From Woeseiaceae bacterium (GTDB lineage: Bacteria > Pseudomonadota > Gammaproteobacteria > Steroidobacterales > Woeseiaceae): a DNA stretch of 48,782 bases. Below, one piece after another: positions 1-8,834 of the stretch. Positions within the stretch are counted from its first letter, which is position 1. Each line of letters opens with the position of its first letter. The position numbers and the translations under genes are program-made. The DNA lies in contig JANQGP010000213.1 of assembly GCA_028277265.1 (NCBI GenBank), positions 1 through 48,782 on the forward strand, read 5' to 3'. The notes under the pieces are model-generated. The model was given only the letters and a program-made list of their open reading frames with translations. It ran no database searches and had not been told where the DNA came from.

Positions 1-63
1 CCGAATTGATATGGCGAAAACGGCGGCAGGGCGGTATCGTCGACGAGGCTGAGGGAGCATGCC

Positions 64-714
64 ATGAGAAAGTCGGGAAGCCTTCTGATACCGCTGACCC
101 TGATCATGATTTACTACGCGTTCTGGGTCGCGCTGGTCGTCATAATGCTCCGGCGCTACCCGGCGCTCGGTGAATACCTGCCACTCGGTGGCGTCGGCGA
201 ACTCGCCGCCTCGGACCCGGGCACGTTCGAACCCGTCTATACGCGCGCCGAGCGAACCGTGCTGGCACCGACCGGTCCGGTGCGACTGTTGTTGTCGTGC
301 ATCGGGGCCGCGATCCTGACGGTACCGATCTCCTGGGTGTACTTCATCACGAGTCGCGCCCGGCGCATCGATCAGTCGTTCCTGCAGACGATCATGATTC
401 TGCCGATTGTCGTAACGGGCATTGCGATGATCGTGGTCAACAGTATCGCGCTCGCGTTCAGTCTTGCCGGTGTGGTCGCCGCGGTCCGGTTTCGCTTCGC
501 GCTCAGTCAGCCCTCGGATGCGATGTACATCTTCGTCGCAATCGGCATCGGTCTCGGTTCGGGCATCGGCGCGCTGGGCATTGCCGGGGTGATATCGTTC
601 ACCTTCGTCTGGGCGACGCTGATCATCTGGAAGCTCGAATACGGCAAGACGCTGTCCGGGCGCTTCCTGACGATGATGACGCGGCGTGACGGCGGCGAGG
701 ACGACTACCGGTAG
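64..714 (+). CDS. DUF4956-like integral membrane protein
   Basis: 216-aa ORF with several hydrophobic helices. The core SIALAFSLAGVVAAVRFRF...YIFVAIGIGLGSGIG resembles the conserved segment of DUF4956 proteins, which usually accompany VTC-domain and CotH proteins. Family call is from memory, not searched. Confidence 0.5.
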   Translation: MRKSGSLLIPLTLIMIYYAFWVALVVIMLRRYPALGEYLPLGGVGELAASDPGTFEPVYTRAERTVLAPTGPVRLLLSCIGAAILTVPISWVYFITSRARRIDQSFLQTIMILPIVVTGIAMIVVNSIALAFSLAGVVAAVRFRFALSQPSDAMYIFVAIGIGLGSGIGALGIAGVISFTFVWATLIIWKLEYGKTLSGRFLTMMTRRDGGEDDYR

Positions 715-722
715 GAAACACG

Positions 723-1676
723 ATGGCGGCGAACGGGGAACAACAAGCGCATTGCCTGCTCATCGTGCATGGCCGGGACTTCAAGCCGGCAGCGGAGACC
801 TATCTCGACCTGTCACGAAGCGCCTTGCGCAAGGGCGTCGAACGCGATTACCCGGAGCAGGTCGCCGATTTCGATTCGCTGCACGTCGATCTCGCCTGGT
901 ATGGCGATCTGAACGCCGGCGTACTCGGCGCGCGGGGCAGGACTTACGACGAGAAGCTCGATGTCGGCGATCGGGGAAACGTGCTGAAGGCCCTGTCACA
1001 GATTGCGCCGCGCAAGCGATTCGGGATCCGCATGTATGACAAGCTGCCCGGCAAGTCGGCCCTGCCGGAATTCTTCATGGATATCGGCGCGACGGTCTCG
1101 AGTGCGGTCGGACTGAAGATGCCCGTGATCGGGAGGATTTCCGGGGATTTTGCGGCCTATCTCGACAACGACGACGGTTTCGCGGACGAGGCGCGTGCGC
1201 GGGTACGCGGGAAGCTCTGCGAACTCATGGATGCCGGGAAACACATCATGCTGGTCACGCACGGCACCGGCAGCGTGGTTTCCTACGATGTGCTTTGGGA
1301 GTTGTCGAACGATACGGAAACGTATCCGGAGTACGGCGACTGCAAGGTCGACCAGTGGGTGACACTGGGCTCGCCGCTCGGTGACCGCATCGTGCAGAAG
1401 CGCCTGCTCGGTGCGAGCGAGCGGGGAGAGGCCCGTTTCCCGAGCAACGTCATCTCCTGGCACAACCTGTCCGCCGAAGACGACTACACGTGCCACGATG
1501 CGACGCTCGCCGACGATTTCAAGACGATGTTGCGAAACCGGCAGGTCAGCGCAGTGAACGACTATCGCGTCTTCAATCTTGCCGTGCGCTATGGCAAGGC
1601 GAATCCTCACAGTTCAATCGGCTACTATATTCACCCTCGCCTGACCAAGATTGTCGTCGACTGGATCGGCGGCTAG
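723..1676 (+). CDS. hypothetical protein, possibly alpha/beta-hydrolase-fold with a degenerate nucleophile elbow
   Basis: 317-aa ORF starting 8 nt after the DUF4956 gene, so probably co-transcribed. IMLVTHGTGSVVSYDVLW and VTLGSPLGD resemble lipase/PGAP1-like elbow and downstream motifs, but there is no clean GxSxG. Coding-like amino-acid composition. Confidence 0.45.
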   Translation: MAANGEQQAHCLLIVHGRDFKPAAETYLDLSRSALRKGVERDYPEQVADFDSLHVDLAWYGDLNAGVLGARGRTYDEKLDVGDRGNVLKALSQIAPRKRFGIRMYDKLPGKSALPEFFMDIGATVSSAVGLKMPVIGRISGDFAAYLDNDDGFADEARARVRGKLCELMDAGKHIMLVTHGTGSVVSYDVLWELSNDTETYPEYGDCKVDQWVTLGSPLGDRIVQKRLLGASERGEARFPSNVISWHNLSAEDDYTCHDATLADDFKTMLRNRQVSAVNDYRVFNLAVRYGKANPHSSIGYYIHPRLTKIVVDWIGG

Positions 1677-1679
1677 AGC

Positions 1680-2732
1680 CTAGATGCATCTCCTGACGAG
1701 TCGCGCCTCGCGCTTTTTCGGGTTTTCGAGGATGTCGAAAAACTCGTCCAGAAAGCGCCTGGTCTGCCTGCGGGTGTAGTTCGAGAATCCCGGGTGCTCG
1801 TCGAACAACGCGTAGATCGCCCCCTTCTGTTCGAGGAACGTCCGGACGGACGTATCGACGTGCTCGTTGTTGGCACAGCGTCCCCGGTACAGGCGATCGC
1901 GTACGTTCCTCAGGCCGAAGCGCGGATTCGGGGCGCCGTGCGGTGCATTGACGATGCCGGACTGGTCGAAATCGTAGGGAATGGCGAGGATCTGTCCGGG
2001 CGTCTCGCCGAACAACATGTTGTTATGGCAACAGGGTTCGCCCGGCGAGGTACGGATCGGTGAGAAGTCCGTGTTGCCGATCATGAACTGGAACAACGAC
2101 CCGAGGTTCGTGTGCGCGGCATCCAGCATCTCGATCTCGGTTTCCGTCGCATCATTCGCCTTCAATCCGAGACGTTTGCCGAGCTGGTCACGGTGCTCGA
2201 TGACGAACGCGAAGACATCGAGGACTTCGTCTTCGCCTTCACTGTCGACGTACCGAACCTGCAGCGGCCGAACACGGAAACTCCGGTCGGTGACCAGGTT
2301 GAAAATCCGGTACGCCATGTATTCGGCGAGCAGGGATTGTGCGTAGCGGTTGCTGCCCGTGCGGCAATGTGTCACGAGTTTCAGCTTGTCCGACTTCGCG
2401 AACACGGTGCCTCTGACCGAGGACTTCCTGAAGTCGAGCCGCAACGGTGCAAAGGGGCAGACGCGCGCCTGGCGGCGGAAGCGTCCACGGGTTCGAATGG
2501 CGAGTTCGACGGAAACCTCGCCGGCCTCATTGTCGGTATACGTCAGAGTGGCCGGATGCTCCTCGTCGGTGGAGCGGTCGTCCATGATCCTCGAGAACGG
2601 CGCTTCGATCGTAATGGCAAGGACGTCGTCGCCGGAAAACAACGGTGCGACGTTGTCCGACTCATCGTCGGCGTGCGCGATCGATGCGGCGCCGCCGAGG
2701 ATCAGTACGAGAACGATTCGCGACGGTGCCAT
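1680..2732 (-). CDS. secreted CotH-like (atypical kinase fold) protein
   Basis: 350 aa with an N-terminal signal peptide (MAPSRIVLVLILGGAASIAHA). LAEYMAYRIFNLVTDRSF..., FQFMIGNTDFS...CCHNNMLF...ILAIPYDFDQSG resemble the CotH pattern (GN.D...N...iPWDlD). Adjacent to a DUF4956 gene, as is usual for CotH. Function uncertain. Confidence 0.45.
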   Translation of the reverse strand: MAPSRIVLVLILGGAASIAHADDESDNVAPLFSGDDVLAITIEAPFSRIMDDRSTDEEHPATLTYTDNEAGEVSVELAIRTRGRFRRQARVCPFAPLRLDFRKSSVRGTVFAKSDKLKLVTHCRTGSNRYAQSLLAEYMAYRIFNLVTDRSFRVRPLQVRYVDSEGEDEVLDVFAFVIEHRDQLGKRLGLKANDATETEIEMLDAAHTNLGSLFQFMIGNTDFSPIRTSPGEPCCHNNMLFGETPGQILAIPYDFDQSGIVNAPHGAPNPRFGLRNVRDRLYRGRCANNEHVDTSVRTFLEQKGAIYALFDEHPGFSNYTRRQTRRFLDEFFDILENPKKREARLVRRCI

Positions 2733-2768
2733 TCCTGTTGATCAGTCCGTTGCTCAGGTGGTCAAAGT

Positions 2769-2783
2769 CTAGCAGGCTGCTAG
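2769..2783. promoter_or_regulatory. 7-1-7 inverted repeat CTAGCAG-g-CTGCTAG in a divergent promoter region
   Basis: Perfect 7-bp arms read directly from the sequence. It sits in the 95-bp gap between the divergent genes ending at 2732 (-) and starting at 2828 (+). Candidate operator; binding protein unknown. Confidence 0.3.
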
Positions 2784-2827
2784 CATAGCCACTACACTGG
2801 ACTGCCTTCGCAACGGAAGCCCTATAC

Positions 2828-4636
2828 GTGCTGTACTCGTCGAAACGCCTGCTCGCCTTCTTTCTGCTCGTGCTGCATTTCACACCTGCGGTGTTCGCCG
2901 GGGACGGCACGATCGAGGGGGCCAGCCGGGTCGTTGCGATCTCCGATATTCACGGCGACTACGCAGCGATGGTCGAGACGTTGCGCATCGTTGGCATGCT
3001 TGACGACGAGCTCGATTGGGCGGGCGGCGGCACGCATCTCGTGATCAACGGCGACCTGCTCGATCGTGGACCGCGCTCGCGTGATGCGATGGATCTGGTG
3101 ATGCAGCTCGAGGTTGAAGCCGAAGCGGCCGGCGGACGTGTCCACGTCCTGATCGGCAATCATGAAATGATGAATATGATCGGCGACCTGCGCTACGTGA
3201 GCAAAGGCGAGTATGCGGCGTTCGCCGAAGACGAGACGCCCGACGAGCGCGACCGCTGGTTCGATGCGTGGGCTGCTCGTCAGGGTGGGGCATTGCCGAT
3301 GCTCAGGGAGCGTTTCGACAGCCTGTTCCCGCGTGGGTATTTCGCGCTGAGCGACGCGTTCAGCGCCGATGGCAAGTATGGGCAATGGCTGCTCGAGAAG
3401 CCCATCATCATCGTAATCAATCGTACGGCCTTCGTGCACGCCGGGCTCCCTCCCGTCGTAGTCGAGATGGGTCTCGAAGGCATCAACAAAGGCCTCGGGA
3501 AGAACCTCTCGACGTATGTTCACGCTGTCGAAACGCTCACCGAAGCGGGTGTTCTACTGCCGACAGACAGCTTCTTCGAGCACGAGAAAATCGTGACCAA
3601 CTACGTACCTTCGCTGGACGAGGCGCCCGAGGTGCTCGATGCGATCAAGGCCGTGCAGCGCTTGAGCGACTCGGTCATTCTGGGCAGTGACGGACCGCTC
3701 TGGTACCGCGGCAACGTCAAGTGCGGCAGGCTTATCGAGGAGCATCGGCTCGAGGATGCTCTCGAGTCGATCGGCGCGGATCGCGTCGTCGTCGGCCATA
3801 CGCCAACACCGACCCGCAGGGTGCTGCAGCGCTTCGACGGCCGCTTGTTGGAAATCGACACGGGAATGTTCAATTCGTATTACAAAGGCAGCGGCAACGC
3901 GCTCGTGCTGCAGGATGAGGAACTCTACGTTCGTAACCAGGACGGCAGCGAGCCCTACGCGCCGATCGCGCATCCGCGCTCTGTCGGTGCACGACCCGGC
4001 AGGCTCTCAGCCGAAGATCTGAAGCTGCTGCTTGAAAACGGCGATATCGTATCCGAGGCGACGGACGAGGAAAGCGGCCGCACGGTCGTGCGAGTCAGCG
4101 ATGGCACGCACACGGTTTCGGCGGTTTTCGCCAGGCGCGCCGGCAAAGGCTTCTATCCGGACGTCGCGGCATACCGCCTCGACCGTCTGATCAATCTCGA
4201 TATGGTACCGGTGACGGTTGTTCGTCGGGTCAACGGCGAGGACGGGTCGTTGCAGTTCATCCCGAGCCGGGCCAGCGACGAAGCGCAGCGTTCGACGACC
4301 GGGCGGGGCCTCAGCGCGCCGTGCGCGATACCGTCCCAGTGGGATGCGATGTATGTGTTCGATACGCTGATCCATAACGAAGGCCGCAGCCTGACGCGCA
4401 TGATGTACGACACGTCCGACTGGCGCCTGATCCTCGTTGAGCACGAGCGTGCGTTCAAGGCGACGAAGTCGCGGCCGCCGCATCTGAAATCGGTCAAGCT
4501 CAAGATCACGGATGGCTGGCGCGAGGCGCTCGCGGCGATGGATGACAAGACGCTCTCCGAGCAACTCGGCGACGTACTCGACCGGCGCCGGCTCAGGTCG
4601 CTCGGCAAACGCCGCGACGACTTGCTCGAGCAGTAA
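2828..4636 (+). CDS. secreted calcineurin-like metallophosphoesterase fused to a PI3/PI4-kinase-like C-terminal domain
   Basis: GTG start and signal peptide (LLAFFLLVLHFTPAVFAG). Metallophosphoesterase motifs are SDIHGD, INGDLLDRG and IGNHEMM. The C-terminal ~200 aa carry DVAAYRLDRLINLDMVPVTVV, GSLQFIP, FDTLIHNEGRS and LILVEHERAF. Confidence 0.7.
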   Translation: MLYSSKRLLAFFLLVLHFTPAVFAGDGTIEGASRVVAISDIHGDYAAMVETLRIVGMLDDELDWAGGGTHLVINGDLLDRGPRSRDAMDLVMQLEVEAEAAGGRVHVLIGNHEMMNMIGDLRYVSKGEYAAFAEDETPDERDRWFDAWAARQGGALPMLRERFDSLFPRGYFALSDAFSADGKYGQWLLEKPIIIVINRTAFVHAGLPPVVVEMGLEGINKGLGKNLSTYVHAVETLTEAGVLLPTDSFFEHEKIVTNYVPSLDEAPEVLDAIKAVQRLSDSVILGSDGPLWYRGNVKCGRLIEEHRLEDALESIGADRVVVGHTPTPTRRVLQRFDGRLLEIDTGMFNSYYKGSGNALVLQDEELYVRNQDGSEPYAPIAHPRSVGARPGRLSAEDLKLLLENGDIVSEATDEESGRTVVRVSDGTHTVSAVFARRAGKGFYPDVAAYRLDRLINLDMVPVTVVRRVNGEDGSLQFIPSRASDEAQRSTTGRGLSAPCAIPSQWDAMYVFDTLIHNEGRSLTRMMYDTSDWRLILVEHERAFKATKSRPPHLKSVKLKITDGWREALAAMDDKTLSEQLGDVLDRRRLRSLGKRRDDLLEQ

Positions 4637-4716
4637 GCCTCGAAGCCGCAGAACCGCGATGCATTCGATCTCGACGCGTGCGCCGACCGTGCTGCTCCGA
4701 GGTCTCCGAATCAAAG

Positions 4717-4722
4717 TATAAT
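4717..4722 (+). promoter_or_regulatory. candidate -10 box (TATAAT) upstream of the purine operon
   Basis: Perfect TATAAT in the 124-bp intergenic region, 39 nt upstream of the uraH ATG, in an otherwise GC-rich context. I saw no convincing -35 element. Confidence 0.3.
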
Positions 4723-4760
4723 CCCGGGAAACCACGAGTTCAGAATCGAAAGGGGGCAGA

Positions 4761-5108
4761 ATGGGCCGGCTGACGACGCACATTCTCGATACGGCACACG
4801 GGGGTCCGGCGGCGAAGGTCGACGTAAGGCTGTTCGCAATCGGCACGACCCGTGAACTCGTCGCGAGCGCGACCACCGATGACGACGGGCGGACCCCTTG
4901 CCCGCTGCTCGAAGGCGAGGCTTTCGTCACGGGCACTTACGAACTCGAGTTCGATACAGGCCCCTATTTTCGTGCGCGGGGTGCGGCACTTGCGGATCCC
5001 GTGTTCCTCGATACGGTCGTTATTCGCGTCGCCGTGAACGGCGCGGAGCATTTTCACGTGCCGCTGCTGGTGTCGCCCTGGTCCTACTCGACGTACCGGG
5101 GCAGCTGA
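4761..5108 (+). CDS. uraH: 5-hydroxyisourate hydrolase (transthyretin-like)
   Basis: 115 aa. N-terminal GRLTTHILDTAHGGPAA and the diagnostic C-terminal YRGS tetrapeptide. Purine-rich AAGGGGG lies just upstream of the ATG. Confidence 0.93.
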   Translation: MGRLTTHILDTAHGGPAAKVDVRLFAIGTTRELVASATTDDDGRTPCPLLEGEAFVTGTYELEFDTGPYFRARGAALADPVFLDTVVIRVAVNGAEHFHVPLLVSPWSYSTYRGS

Positions 5109-5113
5109 CGCGC

Positions 5114-6556
5114 ATGGCGGCCGGTACGATACGGTTCGTTCTGAACGGCGAGGTCGTCGAGACCGGCGTCGCCGACCCGACACGAACCGTGTTGCAGTTC
5201 CTGCGCGAGGACCGGCGCCTGACGGGCACCAAGGAGGGCTGTGCCGAGGGAGACTGCGGCGCCTGTACCGTCGTCGTGGTCGACCGCAGCGGCGATGACG
5301 TCGAGGTCCGAACGATCAACTCGTGCATCCGGTTCCTGCCCACGCTCGACGGCAAGGAGCTGATCACGGTCGAAGGCTTGCGCGGCGCCGACGGTGCGTT
5401 GCACCCCGTGCAACAGGCTATGGTCGACGAGCATGGTTCGCAGTGCGGGTTCTGTACGCCGGGCTTCGTCATGTCGCTGTACGCGCTGTACCGGGACAAC
5501 CCGGCGCCGACGAGGCGCGACATCGATGACGCGTTGTCGGGCAACCTGTGCCGGTGCACGGGTTATCGTCCGATCATCGACGCCGCGCAAAAGATGGCGG
5601 CCCGGGATGACGACTGGGACGCGGCGGCTCACCGGAAAGCGCTGCAGGATGTCGGGCGCGATGGCAGCCTCGAAACCGGGCGCGGCGACGATCGGTTCTT
5701 CGCACCGCGCGACATCGGAACGTTCGCGAAGCTGTACGGCAAGCACCAGGACGCGACCGTTCTTGCCGGCGGAACGGATATCGGTCTCTGGGTCACCAAG
5801 CAGCATCGCAATCTCGGCACGGTCATCTACACGGGTAATGTTGCCGAAATGCTCGAGATTGCGAAGACCGACACGCATCTCGAGATCGGCGCCGCCGTCA
5901 CGCTCACGGATGCCATTCCGGCTTTGCTAGGGGAATACCCGGGCCTGGCCGAGATGTTCGAGCGCTACGGATCGCCACCGAGCCGCAATGCGGGCACGCT
6001 CGGCGGCAACATCGCCAACGGCTCGCCTATCGGCGATTCGATGCCGGCGCTGATGGTCATCGGCGCGACGCTCGTGCTTCAGCGCGGCTTCAGCGAGCGG
6101 GAGTTGCCGCTCGACGCGTTCTATCACGACTACCGGGTCGACGACCTGAAGCCCGGTGAGTTCATCGCGCGTATCCGCGTACCGAAGGCCGAGGACGGGG
6201 ATATCGTCAGCAGCCAGAAGTGGTCCAAGCGCTTCGATCAGGATATCTCGGCCGTCTGCACGGCCTACCGGTTGCGACTCGACGGGGACGAGGTGGCGGA
6301 CTTTCGCATGGCCTGCGGTGGGCTGGCGCCGACGATTCGCAGGGCGTCGCAATGCGAGGCGGCGGTGACGGGCAAGACGTGGGACGAGGACACGATCGAA
6401 ACAGCCTGCAACTCGCTCGAGAGAGATTTCACGCCGATCACCGACATGCGTGCGTCGGCAGAATTCCGCCTCGTCGCGGTACAGAACCTGCTGCGGCGGT
6501 TCTGGCTCGAAACGCAGGGCGAAATCGACACCACGGTGTACGGCTATGGACGCTAG
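5114..6556 (+). CDS. xdhA: xanthine dehydrogenase small subunit (2Fe-2S/FAD)
   Basis: Start placed at ATG 5114 (MAAGTIRFVLNGE), because the ORF-track start at 4898 would overlap uraH. Iron-sulfur motifs are CAEGDCGACTV, CGFCTPGFVMS and NLCRCTGYRPI. FAD-binding motif is LAGGTDIGLWVTK. Confidence 0.95.
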   Translation: MAAGTIRFVLNGEVVETGVADPTRTVLQFLREDRRLTGTKEGCAEGDCGACTVVVVDRSGDDVEVRTINSCIRFLPTLDGKELITVEGLRGADGALHPVQQAMVDEHGSQCGFCTPGFVMSLYALYRDNPAPTRRDIDDALSGNLCRCTGYRPIIDAAQKMAARDDDWDAAAHRKALQDVGRDGSLETGRGDDRFFAPRDIGTFAKLYGKHQDATVLAGGTDIGLWVTKQHRNLGTVIYTGNVAEMLEIAKTDTHLEIGAAVTLTDAIPALLGEYPGLAEMFERYGSPPSRNAGTLGGNIANGSPIGDSMPALMVIGATLVLQRGFSERELPLDAFYHDYRVDDLKPGEFIARIRVPKAEDGDIVSSQKWSKRFDQDISAVCTAYRLRLDGDEVADFRMACGGLAPTIRRASQCEAAVTGKTWDEDTIETACNSLERDFTPITDMRASAEFRLVAVQNLLRRFWLETQGEIDTTVYGYGR

Positions 6557-8834
6557 GGCCGTCGGCAAACCATTACCGCACGACAGTGCGCACCTGCACG
6601 TGTCGGGACAGGCGGCCTACACCGACGATTTGCCCGAGCCGCGCGACCTGCTGCACCTGGCGGTCGGCATGAGCAGCATCGCTCATGGCAAGCTACGGGA
6701 ACTGGACCTCTCCGGCGTGCTGGATGCCGACGGCGTCGTGGACGTATGCACGGCCGCCGACGTCCCCGGCGAAAACAACTACGGGTCCATCGTCAAGGAC
6801 GATCCGCTGCTCGCCGGCGACGTCGTGCAGTACGTCGGTCAACCGGTGTTCGCCGTTGCGGCAACGAGCGTGGACGCGGCGCGCAGAGCGGCCCGCAACG
6901 CGCAGATCGTCTGCGACGAGCTCGAGCCCGTTCTCGATCCGCTGACGGCTGTCGAACAGGCGTCGTTCGTCCTCCCGAGCGAGACGCTCGTTCGCGGTGA
7001 CCCCGACGTGGCCCTCGATCAGGCGCCGTACCGCAGGCAAAGCCGCGTCTCTGTCGGCGGCCAGGACCAGTTCTATCTGGAGGGCCAGATCGCGATGGCA
7101 CTGCCCCAGGAGGACGGCGGCATCCTCGTGTACAGTTCGACCCAGCATCCCGACCAGGTGCAGTCGATCATCGCGCGCGCGACCCGTCGCGAAGCGAAGG
7201 ACGTCGTGGTCATCTGTCGTCGCATGGGCGGTGGATTCGGTGGCAAGGAAAGCCAGGCAGCCTTGATTGCCGGGCTCGCAGCGGTCGCCGTCGACAAGAC
7301 GGGCCGACCGTGCAAACTGCGCCTGGACCGCGACGACGACATGATCATGACCGGCAAGCGCCACGATTTCGTCATCGACTATGACGTCGGCTTCGATGAA
7401 ACGGGGCGCATCCTCGGTATCGACTTCGAGTTTGCTTCACGCTGCGGCATGTCGGCCGATCTGTCCGGACCCGTCAACGATCGGGCGATGTTCCATTGTG
7501 ACAATGCGTACTACCTGGAAAACGTGCGTATTCTTTCGCACCGTTGCAAAACGCATACCGTGTCGAATACGGCATTCCGCGGCTTCGGCGGACCGCAGGG
7601 CATGTTTGCGATCGAGTACGTCATCGAGGACATCGCGCGCATACTGGGAATCGATCCGCTCGAAGTCCGGCGGCGAAATTTCTACGGCAAGGGCGAACGC
7701 AACGTCACGCAGTACCACCAGGTCGTCGACGAGAACCTTGCCGAGACGCTGTTCGACCGCCTGCTCGAAAGTAGCGACTACGCGCGGCGGCGCGAGGAGA
7801 TTCGCGACTTCAATGCATCGAGTCGTGTGCTGAAACGCGGTATCGCGATGACACCGGTCAAGTTCGGCATCTCGTTTACGAACACGATGCTCAACCAGGC
7901 GGGTGCGCTCGTGCATGTCTACAAGGACGGTACGGTCTTGCTGAACCACGGTGGGACCGAGATGGGGCAGGGCCTGTACATCAAGGTCGCCCAGGTCGTT
8001 GCCGACGAGCTGGGCGTCACGATCGACAAGGTGCGCACGACGGCCGCCGACACGAGCAAGGTACCGAACGCGTCTGCGACGGCCGCGTCGAGTGGCTCGG
8101 ACATGAACGGCAAGGCGGCGCAGAAAGCCGCTGCCAGGATTCGCAAGCGCATCACGGCATTCGCGGCGCACAAGTACGGCGTCTCCGAGGCGGAGGTCGA
8201 CTTCCGGGGCAACAAGGCCTACGTTGCAAACCGCATCGTCGAGTTTCCCGAACTCGTGCGCGAGGCGTGGGCCGCGCGCCTGCCACTGTCGGCGGCCGGC
8301 TACTACCGCACGCCGAAGATCAACTACGACCGCAGCACGTTTAGCGGACGGCCGTTCCTCTATTTCGCGTGGGGCGCTGCCGTCACCGAGGTCGTTGTCG
8401 ACATGCTCACGGGCGAGCATCGCCTTCTGCGCGTCGATATCCTGCACGACTGTGGCGATTCGCTGAACCCGGCGGTGGACCTCGGCCAGGTCGAAGGTGG
8501 CTACGTGCAGGGCGTGGGATGGCTGACGACCGAGGAGCTCTGGTGGAACGACCGCGGCGAGTTGGGCACGCACGCGCCGTCGACGTACAAGATCCCGACC
8601 TGTTCCGATCTCGCCGCCGACTTTCGTGTCGAACTGACGCGCGATCTCGCGAATACGGAGAAGACGGTCTACCGTTCGAAAGCCGTCGGCGAGCCCCCGT
8701 TGATGCTGGCCCTGTCGGCCTTTCACGCGCTGCGCGACGCAATCTCGACCGACGATCGGCCCTTGCCCGATCTACAGGCGCCCGCGACGCCGGAGGCGAT
8801 CCTGCGCGCGCTTCAGGACGAGCCGGATGAATGA
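6546..8834 (+). CDS. xdhB: xanthine dehydrogenase molybdopterin-binding large subunit
   Basis: Start at ATG 6546 (MDARAVGKPLPHDSAHLHVSGQA), overlapping the xdhA stop by 11 nt. Motifs GGGFGGKE, FRGFGGPQG and KAVGEPPL. Confidence 0.95.
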   Translation: MDARAVGKPLPHDSAHLHVSGQAAYTDDLPEPRDLLHLAVGMSSIAHGKLRELDLSGVLDADGVVDVCTAADVPGENNYGSIVKDDPLLAGDVVQYVGQPVFAVAATSVDAARRAARNAQIVCDELEPVLDPLTAVEQASFVLPSETLVRGDPDVALDQAPYRRQSRVSVGGQDQFYLEGQIAMALPQEDGGILVYSSTQHPDQVQSIIARATRREAKDVVVICRRMGGGFGGKESQAALIAGLAAVAVDKTGRPCKLRLDRDDDMIMTGKRHDFVIDYDVGFDETGRILGIDFEFASRCGMSADLSGPVNDRAMFHCDNAYYLENVRILSHRCKTHTVSNTAFRGFGGPQGMFAIEYVIEDIARILGIDPLEVRRRNFYGKGERNVTQYHQVVDENLAETLFDRLLESSDYARRREEIRDFNASSRVLKRGIAMTPVKFGISFTNTMLNQAGALVHVYKDGTVLLNHGGTEMGQGLYIKVAQVVADELGVTIDKVRTTAADTSKVPNASATAASSGSDMNGKAAQKAAARIRKRITAFAAHKYGVSEAEVDFRGNKAYVANRIVEFPELVREAWAARLPLSAAGYYRTPKINYDRSTFSGRPFLYFAWGAAVTEVVVDMLTGEHRLLRVDILHDCGDSLNPAVDLGQVEGGYVQGVGWLTTEELWWNDRGELGTHAPSTYKIPTCSDLAADFRVELTRDLANTEKTVYRSKAVGEPPLMLALSAFHALRDAISTDDRPLPDLQAPATPEAILRALQDEPDE

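Noticed and set aside
4898-5113. The upstream extension of xdhA (ORF-track start 4898). Analogous extensions occur for xdhB (6450), puuE (10123), uraD (11817), rSAM-C (33952), rSAM-D (35100) and the nitroreductase (27117).
   Set aside because: The extensions overlap the preceding gene in another frame and are Arg/Pro-rich. Internal ATG or GTG codons give N-termini that match family or paralog N-termini and produce classic 1-11-nt coupling overlaps.
7437-8726. 429-aa minus-strand ORF antisense to xdhB. Similar long antisense ORFs occur at 8407-9873, 6693-7364 and 5084-5878.
   Set aside because: These are typical high-GC shadow ORFs. They are Arg/Ala/Gly/Pro-rich, carry no motifs, and lie entirely inside genes whose sense-strand products have unambiguous family signatures.
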